From contig JAKSVL010000001.1 of NCBI GenBank assembly GCA_024407995.1, positions 13,467 to 77,466 on the forward strand: DNA of 64,000 nucleotides, in the 5' to 3' direction. Source of the stretch: Bacilli bacterium. Lineage in GTDB: Bacteria; Bacillota_I; Bacilli_A; RFN20; CAG-826. The position numbers and the translations under genes are program-made. The notes under the pieces were generated by a model, which saw only the letters and a program-made list of their open reading frames with translations, had not been told where the DNA came from and made no database searches. Shown here piece by piece: positions 39,337 through 50,081 of this stretch. The first letter of the stretch is position 1. Every line of letters starts with the position of its first letter.

Positions 39337-40159
39337 TATGCCTTCCAATCGCGAAGCTTATTTTGAAGCGATTAAAATTGGTGTACCAAAGCCAGTCGTA
39401 GATTTTGCTCTGCAAGAAGTTAATTCGTTCAATTATTTAGAATTGACCAAGAATTTTGATCAAGAAATCAAAAATTATTCGCTTTTTAAGGAATCGATTA
39501 ATAAATATCTCGATGGTGAGATGATTGAATATGTTTTTAATAAAGCATATTTTTTATCTCGGCCATTTTACGTTGATTCCAATGTTTTGATTCCTCGACA
39601 AGAAACTGAACAACTTGTTCTTAAAACTGAAAAAATAATAAAAGAAATGTTTTCTGCAAATATTGTTGTTGCGGATGTTTGTTCTGGTAGTGGTGCTATT
39701 GGGTTAAGCCTTGCCTTGCGTTTAACAAACAATAAGTATTATCTTTCTGATATATCAAAAGAAGCAATACGTGTATCAAAAATCAACGCTAAACATATGA
39801 CAAATGTTGCTTTTCTTGAGGGTGATATGTTAACACCATTTATAGAAAACAATATCAAGCTTGATGTTATTGTATGCAATCCTCCATACATTCAAGATAT
39901 TGCTTCAATCGATGAAAGAACATACGAACAAGAACCACATTTAGCATTATTAGCTAATCCAAATACTAAATTTTACGAACAATTGTTGATCGATGCTCCT
40001 AAAGTATTAAATAGCAAACACCTAATCGCGTTTGAAATTGGGGAAGACATGAAGGATTCAATGGAAAGATTGGTCCGTAAGCACTGTCCAAATGATGATT
40101 TCTATTTTGAAAACGATATATATGGTAAGACTAGATTTTTATTAATAAAAAGTAAATAA
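39329..40159 (+). CDS. prmC: Release factor glutamine N5-methyltransferase
   Basis: VCNPPYI motif and an SAM-binding VADVCSGSGAIG motif. Overlaps the prfA end. Confidence 0.85.
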   Translation: MNNMPSNREAYFEAIKIGVPKPVVDFALQEVNSFNYLELTKNFDQEIKNYSLFKESINKYLDGEMIEYVFNKAYFLSRPFYVDSNVLIPRQETEQLVLKTEKIIKEMFSANIVVADVCSGSGAIGLSLALRLTNNKYYLSDISKEAIRVSKINAKHMTNVAFLEGDMLTPFIENNIKLDVIVCNPPYIQDIASIDERTYEQEPHLALLANPNTKFYEQLLIDAPKVLNSKHLIAFEIGEDMKDSMERLVRKHCPNDDFYFENDIYGKTRFLLIKSK

Positions 40160-40183
40160 TGTAGTTGTAAGAAGGTAAGTATT

Positions 40184-40621
40184 ATGAAAATTGCAATCGC
40201 TTCTGATCATGGTGGTTTTGACCGCAAAGAAGAATTAAAGGATTATTTAATTAAAAGAGGTTTTGATGTAGTTGATGTTGGCGCATATTACAAAGATTCT
40301 TGTCATTATCCAGAATTTGCTGTTAAGTGTGCTAAAGAAGTCCAAAGTGGTAATTGCAAATTTGGCATTATTATTTGTACTAGTGGTGAAGGCGTAGCAA
40401 TTGCTGCTAATAAAGTAAAAGGAATTCGCGCAGGCATTGGCTACAATGTCACCGTTTCAAGATTAATGCGCGAACACAATGATGCCAATGTCATCACTTT
40501 TGGTGCTAAATATGCTACCTTAAAACAAGTTATCGCAAGAACCGAAGCATTTCTAAAAGCAGAATTCCAAGGCGGAAGACATGCGACTAGAGTACAAATG
40601 ATTAACGATTTGGATAAATAA
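40184..40621 (+). CDS. rpiB: Ribose-5-phosphate isomerase B
   Basis: MKIAIASDHGGFDRKEELKDYL, 145 aa. Confidence 0.85.
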   Translation: MKIAIASDHGGFDRKEELKDYLIKRGFDVVDVGAYYKDSCHYPEFAVKCAKEVQSGNCKFGIIICTSGEGVAIAANKVKGIRAGIGYNVTVSRLMREHNDANVITFGAKYATLKQVIARTEAFLKAEFQGGRHATRVQMINDLDK

Positions 40622-40646
40622 TTCAATTTTTTTGGAAAAATTAACA

Positions 40647-40686
40647 AAATCCTCGCAATACGTATAATGTGAGGATTTTTTATTTG
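40647..40686 (+). terminator. Rho-independent terminator after rpiB
   Basis: AAATCCTCGCA-...-TGTGAGGATTT followed by TTTTATTTG. Confidence 0.5.
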
Positions 40687-40702
40687 ATGCTGAATATAAC
40701 TT

Positions 40703-41914
40703 ATGCACGCATCCGTTCTTTTGAATAAAAGTATGGAAGATTTGAATTCTTTTGTTTGTCCAATATGTGGGAACGATGATATCCATTCGATTGGAGTATT
40801 AAATGGAAAATTATTTTGTCGTCGTTGCATTTCTTTTCGTGGCGAAAAAGTCTCGTATAATCAATCTGCTCCTAAAAAAGCCCAAATTAATTTGGATTAT
40901 GATTTATCACCAGAACAACAAGAATTATCAGACAGACTTGTTAGTAACTATCAAAAAGGAATTGATAGTCTTGTTAATGCGGTTTGTGGTTCAGGAAAAA
41001 CAGAAATTTGTCTCGAAATCATTAAGTATTGTCTGGAAAGTGGCTTGACTATTGGCTTTGCAGTGCCGAGAAGAAGCGTTTGTGCTGAACTAAAAGCGCG
41101 TTTTGCCTCAATTTTTAATAAAAATAAGGTCATTGCCGTCTATGGTGGTCATCATGAAAAGATAATAGGGGATATTATTTGTCTTACTACTCACCAATTG
41201 TTCCGCTATCAAGATTATTTCGATTTGCTTATCATGGATGAAATTGATGCTTTTCCTTTTAAAGACAACAAAGTCTTGGAACAAATGTTTGCCAAATCAG
41301 TTCGAGGTCACTTTGTTTTATTGAGTGCAACGCCGTCGAAGAAATTGATCAAAGACTTTCAAAGACCAGGCAGAGACATGATGAAATTAGCTATCAGGTT
41401 TCACCGACATCCATTACCGGTTCCTAAAGTGGTATGCGGTAATGTGCTTATTTTATACTACAAACTGCTTGTACAATTAAAAAGATTTTTGCATAAAGAT
41501 AAACAAGTTTTCATCTTTGTTCCTACTGTTGGAGATTCTAAAAAAATCGCCATCTTTTTAAAGCTATTTTTTGCTAAAGGAACATACATAAATTCAAAAA
41601 GAAAAGATAATGAAAAACTTATAAATGATTTTCGAAATAAAAAATACATGTATTTGGTTTCTACCGCTGTTTTAGAAAGAGGAGTTACAATCAGAGATTT
41701 GCAAGTAATTGTATTCCACGCAGATCACAATATTTATAATTCTGCATCACTAATTCAAATTGCCGGAAGAGCAGGTAGAAAGAAGGACGCACCGGAAGGA
41801 GAGGTGATATTTTTTGCCAAAGGGAATAATCAAGAAATTAAAAACGCAATTGATGACATTAACGCCAACAACAAAATATTGCAAGATATGCTTCAAGGAA
41901 ATCAAAATAGATGA
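40703..41914 (+). CDS. comFA: Competence protein ComFA-like DEAD/DEAH-box helicase
   Basis: N-terminal CPICG...CRRC zinc ribbon, Walker A AVCGSGKTE, Walker B/DEAD-like LIMDEID, and a helicase C domain. The start is uncertain (alternative MEDLNSF at 40733). Confidence 0.75.
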   Translation: MHASVLLNKSMEDLNSFVCPICGNDDIHSIGVLNGKLFCRRCISFRGEKVSYNQSAPKKAQINLDYDLSPEQQELSDRLVSNYQKGIDSLVNAVCGSGKTEICLEIIKYCLESGLTIGFAVPRRSVCAELKARFASIFNKNKVIAVYGGHHEKIIGDIICLTTHQLFRYQDYFDLLIMDEIDAFPFKDNKVLEQMFAKSVRGHFVLLSATPSKKLIKDFQRPGRDMMKLAIRFHRHPLPVPKVVCGNVLILYYKLLVQLKRFLHKDKQVFIFVPTVGDSKKIAIFLKLFFAKGTYINSKRKDNEKLINDFRNKKYMYLVSTAVLERGVTIRDLQVIVFHADHNIYNSASLIQIAGRAGRKKDAPEGEVIFFAKGNNQEIKNAIDDINANNKILQDMLQGNQNR

Positions 41915-42494
41915 CATATGCAGTATATTAGATAAGGATTTGTGCATTTGTAATAAATGTCAAAATGAGCTGGAACCAATTTTTATTCATTTCAATATAG
42001 ATGAATATAAAGCGACTGCAATTTATCATTACACGCCATTCGTTAAAAATTTGATATACACCTATAAAGGATGTTTTGATTACGAATTAAAGGATGTCTT
42101 CATCAACTTATTTTTTAAAGAAATGAAAATAAGATACAAGGGATACGCAATTATACCCGTTCCTTCATATATAAAAGATGATGAAAGAAGAGGCTTTAAT
42201 CATGTGATAGAAGCATTTAAATGTCTTGGTTTAGAAATTCTACCAATTATGGAAAAAACTGCTCATCATAAACAAGCAGATTTGGGTTATGAGGGGCGAA
42301 AAGAAATAACAAAATATTTAAAAATAGATAGCAGTGTTTCTTTGATTGATAAAAGGGTATTAATTGTTGATGATATTTACACTACAGGCGCTACAATGAG
42401 AGCGGCAATTAATCTTGTTAGTAAACTTAATCCGAAAGAAATAAGAGTACTCGTTTTGGCCAAAACAAATGTCGCTGATTATAAAAAAAGTTAA
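41853..42494 (+). CDS. comFC: ComFC-family phosphoribosyltransferase-domain protein
   Basis: CKICFKEI...CICNKCQNEL zinc ribbon and a PRTase motif VLIVDDIYTTGAT. It overlaps the comFA 3' end. The start is uncertain (the track offers ATG 41814). Confidence 0.7.
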   Translation: MTLTPTTKYCKICFKEIKIDDICSILDKDLCICNKCQNELEPIFIHFNIDEYKATAIYHYTPFVKNLIYTYKGCFDYELKDVFINLFFKEMKIRYKGYAIIPVPSYIKDDERRGFNHVIEAFKCLGLEILPIMEKTAHHKQADLGYEGRKEITKYLKIDSSVSLIDKRVLIVDDIYTTGATMRAAINLVSKLNPKEIRVLVLAKTNVADYKKS

Positions 42495-42609
42495 TTGATA
42501 TAACTTTTAGTATTAGACAAGAACGGCTGGCGTTGGTATTATATTTAAGCGAATGCAAGAAATTCTTTTATAAAGAAAGGCACACCATTTGTGTGATTGG
42601 TATCAAAAT

Positions 42610-45015
42610 ATGGGATTTTTCGACAAAAGAGCTCTCAAAAAATACATGAAAGAGGCTGACAAAGTCATCGCTTATGAAAAGCGTATGTCTGAACTCAGCA
42701 ACGAAGAACTACAAGCAATGACCCCATACTTCAGAAATTTGTTAGCCCAAGGCAAAACTTTGGATGACATTAAATATGAAGCTTTTGCGGTCGCTCGTGA
42801 AGCTGCAAAACGTTGTATCGGCGAGTTTCCTTACAAAGTTCAAATCATTGGTTCGTTAGTTTTACATGCTGGCGATGTCGCTGAAATGAAAACTGGTGAA
42901 GGTAAAACCTTAACATGTACGATGGCGGTTTATTTAAACGCTCTTGCGGGCAAAGGCTTACACGTTATTACCGTTAACGAATACTTATCAGGTCGTGACG
43001 CTGAATGGATGGGACAAATTTACAGATTTTTAGGCCTCACTGTTGGCGTTAATGGTCGTTCCAAAACAACAAGCGAAAAGAGAGACGCATATTTATGCGA
43101 CATCACATATACAACTAACTCAGAATTAGGTTTTGACTATTTAAGAGATAACATGGCGACTGATATGCAACATCGTGTTTTAAGAGGTTTAAACTTCTGT
43201 ATCGTCGATGAAGCTGACTCAATTTTAATCGACGAAAGTAGAACGCCTTTAATTATTTCTGGTGGTGCTAAAACTAGTGCTTCTCAATACACTGTTTCCG
43301 ATAGATTCTGCAAAACATTAAAGAAAGAAAAAGATTTCTCTGTTGATGTGAAAGAAAAAACGGTTCACTTAACTGAAGAAGGTCAACAAAAAGCAGAACG
43401 CATGTTTGGTATCAAAAATTTATATGATCCAGAATATGCCGATTTAGTTCACAGAATCCACAATGCTTTGAAAGCAAACTTCATTATGGCTAGAGATGTT
43501 GACTATTTAGTTGACTCAGAAGGCGAAGTTCAAATTATTGACCCATTTACAGGCCGTGTTCTCCCTGGTCGCGAATGGTCTGATGGCTTACATCAAGCCG
43601 TTCAAGCTAAAGAAAATGTCACCATTAAACAAGAAACTGTCACAATGGCGACAATTACATATCAAAACTTCTTCCGTCTTTATACCAAACTTGCAGGTAT
43701 GACTGGTACCGCAAAAACTGAGGAAGAAGAATTCCGTAAAATTTATAACATGCGTGTTGTATGTATTCCTACAAACAGACCTGTTATCCGTGTGGATGCA
43801 CTCGATTATGTCTACGCTCATAAAGGTCCAAAACTTGCCGCTTTAATTAAGGAAGTTAAAGAACGTCACCAAACAGGTCAACCTATCTTGATTGGTACTG
43901 TTTCTGTGGAATCATCTGAAGCAATTTCCGCTTTGTTAACAGAAGCTGGCTTACCACACGAAATGTTAAACGCTAAAAACCACGCTCGTGAAGCAGAAAT
44001 CATTTCTCACGCTGGTGAAAAAGGTTCCATCACATTAGCCACAAACATGGCAGGCCGTGGTACCGATATTAAGATTAACGATGAAGTGAGAGCGTTAGGT
44101 GGTCTCTGTGTTTTCGGTACAGAAAGACATGAATCCAGACGTATTGACAACCAATTACGTGGTAGAAGTGGACGTCAAGGCGACCCAGGTTTCTCAAGAT
44201 TCTACGTTTCTTTCGATGATACATTATTGGTAAGATTCGCTGCGGATTCTATCAAGAATTACATCGAAAAGAACTTTGGTGAAGAAGCATTAGAAGCCAA
44301 CATGATTACTAATGTCATTACTTCCGCTCAAAAGAAAATCGAAGGTCAAAACTTTGATACTCGTAAGAGCTTATTAGAATATGATGATGTTTTAGCTAAA
44401 CAAAGACAAATTGTCTACGACAAGAGAGACAGAATCATCGAAGGTAAGAATATTGATGACATCATGGATGATATTTTCACAACAACAGGTGAATTCTTAG
44501 CCAAGAAAGGCGTTCCAGCCGATAGCAATGGCAACAATATGGTCTCTGGTGATCAACTTGTCAAAGTTGTTGAACCAAGATTCTTACCATCTGGTGTTAT
44601 TAAACCAAATCTTTATGATGATGCTCCAGTCGAAGACATTGCTCCAGATTTAGCAATTTTAATCCGTGAAAGATTTGAACAACTCTTAAAAGAGTGGGAT
44701 GTTGAAGAAGAAGACAAAGATAGAATTAAACGTTCAGTAGTTTTACACTGTATTGACCAAAACTGGACAAAACACATCGACTCCATGGCAAGATTAAGAG
44801 AAGCAATCTTCTTAAGAAGCTATGCTAACGTTAATCCTTTACAAGATTATGTTAATGAAGGCTATGCTATGTTTAGAGAATGCTTAGAATTAGCATCAGT
44901 TGATGCTGTGCTTAATTTGGTAAATATTAGACCACAACGTCGTGTTGAACCTCAACCACAGTCTCAACCAGCGGAGCAACCTGCTGAACAACCAGCTGGA
45001 GATCAAAATAAGTAA
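42610..45015 (+). CDS. secA: Preprotein translocase ATPase SecA
   Basis: MGFFDKRALKKY start, Walker A MKTGEGKT, DEAD-like motor domains, and an acidic/Gln-rich C-terminal tail. Confidence 0.95.
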   Translation: MGFFDKRALKKYMKEADKVIAYEKRMSELSNEELQAMTPYFRNLLAQGKTLDDIKYEAFAVAREAAKRCIGEFPYKVQIIGSLVLHAGDVAEMKTGEGKTLTCTMAVYLNALAGKGLHVITVNEYLSGRDAEWMGQIYRFLGLTVGVNGRSKTTSEKRDAYLCDITYTTNSELGFDYLRDNMATDMQHRVLRGLNFCIVDEADSILIDESRTPLIISGGAKTSASQYTVSDRFCKTLKKEKDFSVDVKEKTVHLTEEGQQKAERMFGIKNLYDPEYADLVHRIHNALKANFIMARDVDYLVDSEGEVQIIDPFTGRVLPGREWSDGLHQAVQAKENVTIKQETVTMATITYQNFFRLYTKLAGMTGTAKTEEEEFRKIYNMRVVCIPTNRPVIRVDALDYVYAHKGPKLAALIKEVKERHQTGQPILIGTVSVESSEAISALLTEAGLPHEMLNAKNHAREAEIISHAGEKGSITLATNMAGRGTDIKINDEVRALGGLCVFGTERHESRRIDNQLRGRSGRQGDPGFSRFYVSFDDTLLVRFAADSIKNYIEKNFGEEALEANMITNVITSAQKKIEGQNFDTRKSLLEYDDVLAKQRQIVYDKRDRIIEGKNIDDIMDDIFTTTGEFLAKKGVPADSNGNNMVSGDQLVKVVEPRFLPSGVIKPNLYDDAPVEDIAPDLAILIRERFEQLLKEWDVEEEDKDRIKRSVVLHCIDQNWTKHIDSMARLREAIFLRSYANVNPLQDYVNEGYAMFRECLELASVDAVLNLVNIRPQRRVEPQPQSQPAEQPAEQPAGDQNK

Positions 45016-45016
45016 T

Positions 45017-46121
45017 ATGAAAGACATTGTTACCTTAAAACAGGAACTATGTGCTGTTGGCGAGAGAGTCCGTCAACTCGGGTCTTCTCTTTGACCTCGC
45101 TGGGTTAAATATTGAAATAAATACATTGTCCGCCAAGAGTGAAGAAGAATACTTTTGGGACAATAGAAATACTGCTTTAGAAACCATCAGTCGTCTTAAC
45201 CACATTAAAGAAATAGTGGATACGTACACTGATTTAACAGTGAAATTAAATGATTTAGAGGAATTGCTCAGCTTTGAAGATGAGTCGTTTTTAGAACAAA
45301 TTGAATCATCGTTTGAAGAAATAAAAACAAAGGCAAATGACTTTGAATTGCAAATTCTTTTCACTGGAGAGTTTGATGATTTAAACGCTATCATTGAAAT
45401 CCATCCTGGCGCTGGTGGTACCGAAGCGCAAGACTGGGCCGACATGCTTTATAGAATGTATGTTCTTTATGCTGAAGCTCATCGTTTTAAGATGTCTGTT
45501 ATATCATTTGAACCAGGCGATGAAGCTGGCATTAAGTCGGTTACGTTGCAAATTAGTGGTAAGCATGCCTATGGATTATTAAAAGGTGAAAAAGGCGTCC
45601 ATCGTTTGGTGAGAATATCGCCATTTGACGCGAATAAACGCAGACATACATCATTTGCATCTGTTAACGTTGTTCCTGAATTCAATAATGATTCTATTGA
45701 TATCGATATCAATGAAGCTGATTTAAAGGTTGATACATATCGTAGTGGTGGTGCAGGTGGACAAAATGTTAATAAAGTAGAAACAGCGGTAAGAATTACT
45801 CACTTACCAACTGGAATTGTGGTGTCTTGCCAAATTGAAAGAAGTCAGCTTCTCAACAAAGAAACTGCCATGCGTATGTTGAAGAGTAAGTTATATTTAA
45901 TTGAACTAGAAAATCGTCAAAATAAATTAAATTCTATTGTCGGCGAAAAGAAAAACATTGAATGGGGTAGTCAAATTCGCTCCTATGTTTTTTGCCCTTA
46001 TACATTAGTGAAAGATAATAGATCCTCATTTGAAATGACTGATGTTCAATCTGTGATGAATGGCAATCTTGATGGTTTCATTTATGCATATTTAAGAACA
46101 GAAGTTAAAAATAATAACTAG
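45017..46121 (+). CDS. prfB: Peptide chain release factor 2, requiring the programmed +1 ribosomal frameshift (ATG 45017 ... CTT 45089..45091, slip over T45092, continue GAC 45093).
   Basis: ORF0 reads [28 protein letters not shown], and the +1 frame continues [12 protein letters not shown].... The SPF tripeptide ([12 protein letters not shown]) and GGQ motif ([25 protein letters not shown]) are present. Confidence 0.9.
45080..45095 (+). promoter_or_regulatory. prfB autoregulatory +1 frameshift site (internal SD-like GGG, slippery CTT, in-frame TGA, C)
   Basis: Sequence GGGTCTTCTCTTTGAC matches the canonical CUU-UGA-C recoding site. Confidence 0.8.
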
Positions 46122-46131
46122 TAGGTGATGT

Positions 46132-48111
46132 ATGGATAACGAACATCGTTTTGAAATAGTATCAAAATTCAAACCTACTGGTGATCAGCCAGAAGCTATT
46201 AAGAAACTTAGCGAAGGCATTTCTAATGGTAAAAAGTTTCAAGTCTTATTAGGGGCTACTGGCACTGGCAAAACCTTTACAATGGCTAATATTATTGAAC
46301 GTGTACAAAAACCAACGCTTGTTTTAGTGCACAACAAAACACTCGCGGGTCAGCTATATTCTGAATTTCAAGAACTATTTCCTCATAACCGTGTCGAATA
46401 TTTTGTTTCAAACTTTGATTTTTATCAGCCAGAAGCATATATTCCAAAAAGCGATACATATATTGATAAAAACGCAGTGATGAATGAAGAAATTGAGATG
46501 CTTAGAACATCGGCGATTAATTCTGTTTTAGAAAGAAGAGACACAATTATTGTAGCGTCAGTTGCATCAATTTATGGATTAACTGATCCTGATGAATATC
46601 GTAATTTAGTTTTTAATATTCGCGTTGGCGAAGAAATTAATAGACAAGAACTCTACAAGAAATTGATAGACGCTCAATACAAACGCAACAACTTAGATTT
46701 AGCGCCTGGTACATTTAGAGTACGTGGTGATGTTATAGAGATTGTTCCTGCATCATTTTCAGATAATGAAGTTATAAGAATCGATACGTTTGGTGATGAA
46801 GTCGAAAAGATTGTTCAGCTCGATGCTATAACGGGTGAAATCAAGCACACGTATCACACATTTCCTATTTTCCCAGCCTATGATCACGCTTCAACAAGGG
46901 AAAGAATTAAAGAAGCCTGCGCTACTATAAAGGCTGAGCTAGAAGAACGTCTTAAATACTTCAGGGATAACGGAAAACTATTAGAAGCTGAAAGACTTGA
47001 AATGCGTACCAATCAAGATATGGAAAGCATGCAAGAATTTGGTATGTGTCCTGGTATTGAAAACTATTCAAGGCACATCGATAAAAGAGAGCCAGGCGTT
47101 AGACCTTGGTGTTTAATTGATTATTTCCCAGAAGATTTTCTTATGATTATTGATGAATCACACGTGACATTTCCTCAACTCCGAGGCATGTATAACGGCG
47201 ATAGATCAAGAAAAGAAACGCTTGTTGAATATGGTTTTAGATTACCTTCTGCTTTAGATAATAGACCGCTTAACTTTGATGAATTTGAGAAAGTGATGCC
47301 ATATGTTGTTTGTACTAGTGCTACACCAGGCGATTATGAACTAAATAAAGCGGGCGGTGTTTCTGCTGAACAGATTATCCGTCCAACTGGCTTATTGGAT
47401 CCATTAATTGAAGTTAGACCAACATTTGGTCAAATTGATGATCTATTGCATGACATTAAAGAACGTGTGAATAGAAACGAACGTACAATGGTAGTTACGT
47501 TAACTATTCGCATGGCAGAAGACTTAACAAATTATTTAAAAGATAAAGGAATCAAAGTCGTATATTTGCACCACGAAACCAAAACATTAGAGCGTAGCGA
47601 AATCATTTACCAATTGAGAAAAGGTAAGTATGATGTCTTGGTAGGAATTAACCTATTACGTGAAGGTTTGGACATACCTGAAGTGTCGCTTATTTCAATC
47701 TTTGATGCGGACAAAGAAGGATTCCTTAGAAGTACTAGATCACTTATTCAAATTACTGGTAGAGCAGCGAGAAATGAGCACGGTTTGGTGGTCATGTACG
47801 CTGATAGAGTAACAGATTCTATGAATGAATGTATTGAAGAAACCAATCGTCGTAGAATGATCCAAGAAGCCTATAATGATGAGAATGGAATTATCCCACG
47901 AACCATCATTAAGGAAATACGTCCACCAATCCACAATAGCGATGATGAAATTAGTGAAATGGTGGATATTACTAAACACGGCAGTCGCGCTCAAATTGAA
48001 GCCAAGGTTAAAGAGCTCGAAAAACAAATGCGTCAAGCTGCTAAAGAATTCGACTTTGAAAGGGCAGCCGAGCTTCGAGATATTATTCTCGAAATTAAAG
48101 GCAATTTGTAA
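46132..48111 (+). CDS. uvrB: Excinuclease ABC subunit B
   Basis: [14 protein letters not shown] Walker A, helicase motifs, and the C-terminal UVR domain [12 protein letters not shown]. Confidence 0.95.
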   Translation: MDNEHRFEIVSKFKPTGDQPEAIKKLSEGISNGKKFQVLLGATGTGKTFTMANIIERVQKPTLVLVHNKTLAGQLYSEFQELFPHNRVEYFVSNFDFYQPEAYIPKSDTYIDKNAVMNEEIEMLRTSAINSVLERRDTIIVASVASIYGLTDPDEYRNLVFNIRVGEEINRQELYKKLIDAQYKRNNLDLAPGTFRVRGDVIEIVPASFSDNEVIRIDTFGDEVEKIVQLDAITGEIKHTYHTFPIFPAYDHASTRERIKEACATIKAELEERLKYFRDNGKLLEAERLEMRTNQDMESMQEFGMCPGIENYSRHIDKREPGVRPWCLIDYFPEDFLMIIDESHVTFPQLRGMYNGDRSRKETLVEYGFRLPSALDNRPLNFDEFEKVMPYVVCTSATPGDYELNKAGGVSAEQIIRPTGLLDPLIEVRPTFGQIDDLLHDIKERVNRNERTMVVTLTIRMAEDLTNYLKDKGIKVVYLHHETKTLERSEIIYQLRKGKYDVLVGINLLREGLDIPEVSLISIFDADKEGFLRSTRSLIQITGRAARNEHGLVVMYADRVTDSMNECIEETNRRRMIQEAYNDENGIIPRTIIKEIRPPIHNSDDEISEMVDITKHGSRAQIEAKVKELEKQMRQAAKEFDFERAAELRDIILEIKGNL

Positions 48112-48182
48112 AAATAAAGTTTGCGTTATTTGTGCGATTCTAATATTATTAGTATCAGCGATTAAGAAAGGAAGAAAAATCT

Positions 48183-48422
48183 ATGATTAATTGGTATGAC
48201 TGGATTATGTTGGTAGTAGCTGTTGTTATTATCATCTTATGCTTACTCCAAGGCGGTAAATCTGAAGGTGCTTCTGGTGCTATTACTGGTGGTGGCTTAA
48301 ACGTCTTCGTGAAAACAAAAGAAAGAGGTGCGGAGAAAGTTGTTTCTGTGCTTACTCTTATTTGCGCTATCTTATTCTTCTTTATCGCCATCCTTATTGA
48401 AATTACTGCAGCTGCAGCTTAA
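48183..48422 (+). CDS. secG: Preprotein translocase subunit SecG
   Basis: 79 aa with two TM helices and a Gly-rich loop GASGAITGGG. AAAGGAAG RBS. Confidence 0.75.
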   Translation: MINWYDWIMLVVAVVIIILCLLQGGKSEGASGAITGGGLNVFVKTKERGAEKVVSVLTLICAILFFFIAILIEITAAAA

Positions 48423-48442
48423 TCGAAAGGATATTAAGAATA

Positions 48443-48470
48443 AAATGGGTGAAAGCCCATTTTTATTTTA
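48443..48470 (+). terminator. Rho-independent terminator after secG
   Basis: AAATGGG-tgaaag-CCCATTT followed by TTATTTTA. Confidence 0.55.
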
Positions 48471-48543
48471 CAAAAAATATTGTCATTATTTTGTATCATT
48501 CATTTCTTTGATTTAAAATAAAAAACGAAAGGAATTATCTTAT

Positions 48544-49770
48544 ATGGAAGAAAAATTATTAAGAGATTATGCGCGCTTAATTGCACGCGAGGGCGGCCAT
48601 GTCATCAAAGGTGATGAAGTGTGGATTAATGCAGGTTTAGAACAACCTGATTTTGTCACAATGGTCGTGGAAGAATGCTATAAAGCAGGTGCCAAGTCAG
48701 TAACTGTTTATTGGCATCACGATCCTGCTTCAAAATTAAGTTATAAGTATGAAACCGTTTCTTCATTAGCAAAAGTTAGCCCAATGCAACTTGCTAAATT
48801 TAAGTATTGGGTTAAGAAATTACCTACTGTCATTCATATTATTTCTGATGATCCAGATGCTATGAAGGGTGTAAATCAAAATAAAGTTACCAAATCAATG
48901 GCGAAACGCTATCCAAAGATTAAACCATATCGCGAAGCAATGGATGGCAAGTATAAATGGACAATTGCCGCTGTTCCAGGCAAAGCATGGGCTAAAAAAG
49001 TGTTTCCAAAATTAAAAGACGAAGAAGCAATGGAACAACTTTGGGCAGCTATTCTTAAAACATCTAGAGTAGATGGCAATGATCCTGTGCAAAATTGGGA
49101 AGAACATAATGCGTTCTTAGTCAGTCAAAGAAAGAAATTGGAAAGCCTTGGCTTGAAGAAACTAATCTATTCCGCGAGCAATGGTACCGATTTCCAAGTC
49201 GAATTGGTTAATAAAATGAGCTGGGGCGGCGGTGTTGAATTTGCTCCTGATAAAGGTCAATTTAATCCAAACATTCCTAGCGAAGAAGTTTTTACTACTC
49301 CAATGGCAGGTAAAGCTGAAGGTACATTGGTGGCATCCAAACCTTTATCTTATAATGGCGAATTAATTGAAGATTTCTCCATTAGTTTTAAAGATGGTAA
49401 AGTATGTGCTGTTAAGGCAAGAAAAAATCAAGCTCTTTTGGAAAAGATGGTCAAAATGGATGAAGGCGCTTCAATGTTAGGAGAAGTCGCTTTGGTGCCA
49501 TTTGAATCACCAATTAATCAAACCGGTTTATTATTCTATGAAACATTATTTGATGAAAATGCGTGTTGCCACGTTGCATTAGGCGCTGGCTTCCCTGAAT
49601 TATATCCAGGCGCTTTAGATATGACTGCAGAGAAAAGAAAAGAAATTGGTATTAACAACTCCATGATCCATGTCGACTTTATGATTGGTACGAGAGATCT
49701 TTCGATTGTTGGTATCGATAAAAACGATAAGAAAGTACAAATATTCAAAGATGGTACTTGGGCTATCTAA
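48544..49770 (+). CDS. M29-family aminopeptidase (AmpS/PepS-like)
   Basis: 408 aa with the characteristic N-terminus MEEKLLRDYARLIAREGGHVIKGDEVWINAGLEQPDFV and the HVALGAGFPE region. Confidence 0.8.
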   Translation: MEEKLLRDYARLIAREGGHVIKGDEVWINAGLEQPDFVTMVVEECYKAGAKSVTVYWHHDPASKLSYKYETVSSLAKVSPMQLAKFKYWVKKLPTVIHIISDDPDAMKGVNQNKVTKSMAKRYPKIKPYREAMDGKYKWTIAAVPGKAWAKKVFPKLKDEEAMEQLWAAILKTSRVDGNDPVQNWEEHNAFLVSQRKKLESLGLKKLIYSASNGTDFQVELVNKMSWGGGVEFAPDKGQFNPNIPSEEVFTTPMAGKAEGTLVASKPLSYNGELIEDFSISFKDGKVCAVKARKNQALLEKMVKMDEGASMLGEVALVPFESPINQTGLLFYETLFDENACCHVALGAGFPELYPGALDMTAEKRKEIGINNSMIHVDFMIGTRDLSIVGIDKNDKKVQIFKDGTWAI

Positions 49771-50081
49771 TCTTTCCTTTTAATACTAATTAATTCTTTA
49801 AAATAGATTGTTCTTCTTTCTGAGAGGACAATCTTTTTATTCACACTATCAATTTTGCTCAAAATAGTGGATATGGTATTGATTTTCTCGTTTCTCCAAT
49901 AAGAAATTTCTACTTCTTCGCCATGATAATTTACAAGTATTTCATTAATTTCTTCTGCAGCATCAGAAGATATTTGTGGCCTCACTTGTTTTTCGTTATT
50001 TTGGCTAGCTTTCTTTAAATATTTTTCTTGTTCAATTAATGATTTATATGGAGCCCATTTTTTCATTCCGCGTTCACTCAT
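49767..50081 (-). CDS. YolD-like protein (accessory partner of Y-family polymerases)
   Basis: 104 aa. The pattern RGMKKWAPYKSLIEQEKYLKK resembles the YolD-like R-G-x-I-K-W N-terminus. It lies directly downstream of, and overlaps, the Y-family polymerase gene. Confidence 0.55.
   Translation of the reverse strand: MSERGMKKWAPYKSLIEQEKYLKKASQNNEKQVRPQISSDAAEEINEILVNYHGEEVEISYWRNEKINTISTILSKIDSVNKKIVLSERRTIYFKELISIKRKD

Noticed and set aside
45047-45445. Minus-strand ORF 45047..45445 (132 aa) overlapping the prfB 5' region
   Set aside because: It is antisense to the RF2 gene, including the conserved frameshift site. It has no RBS and a low-complexity Ser-rich product, so it is judged spurious.
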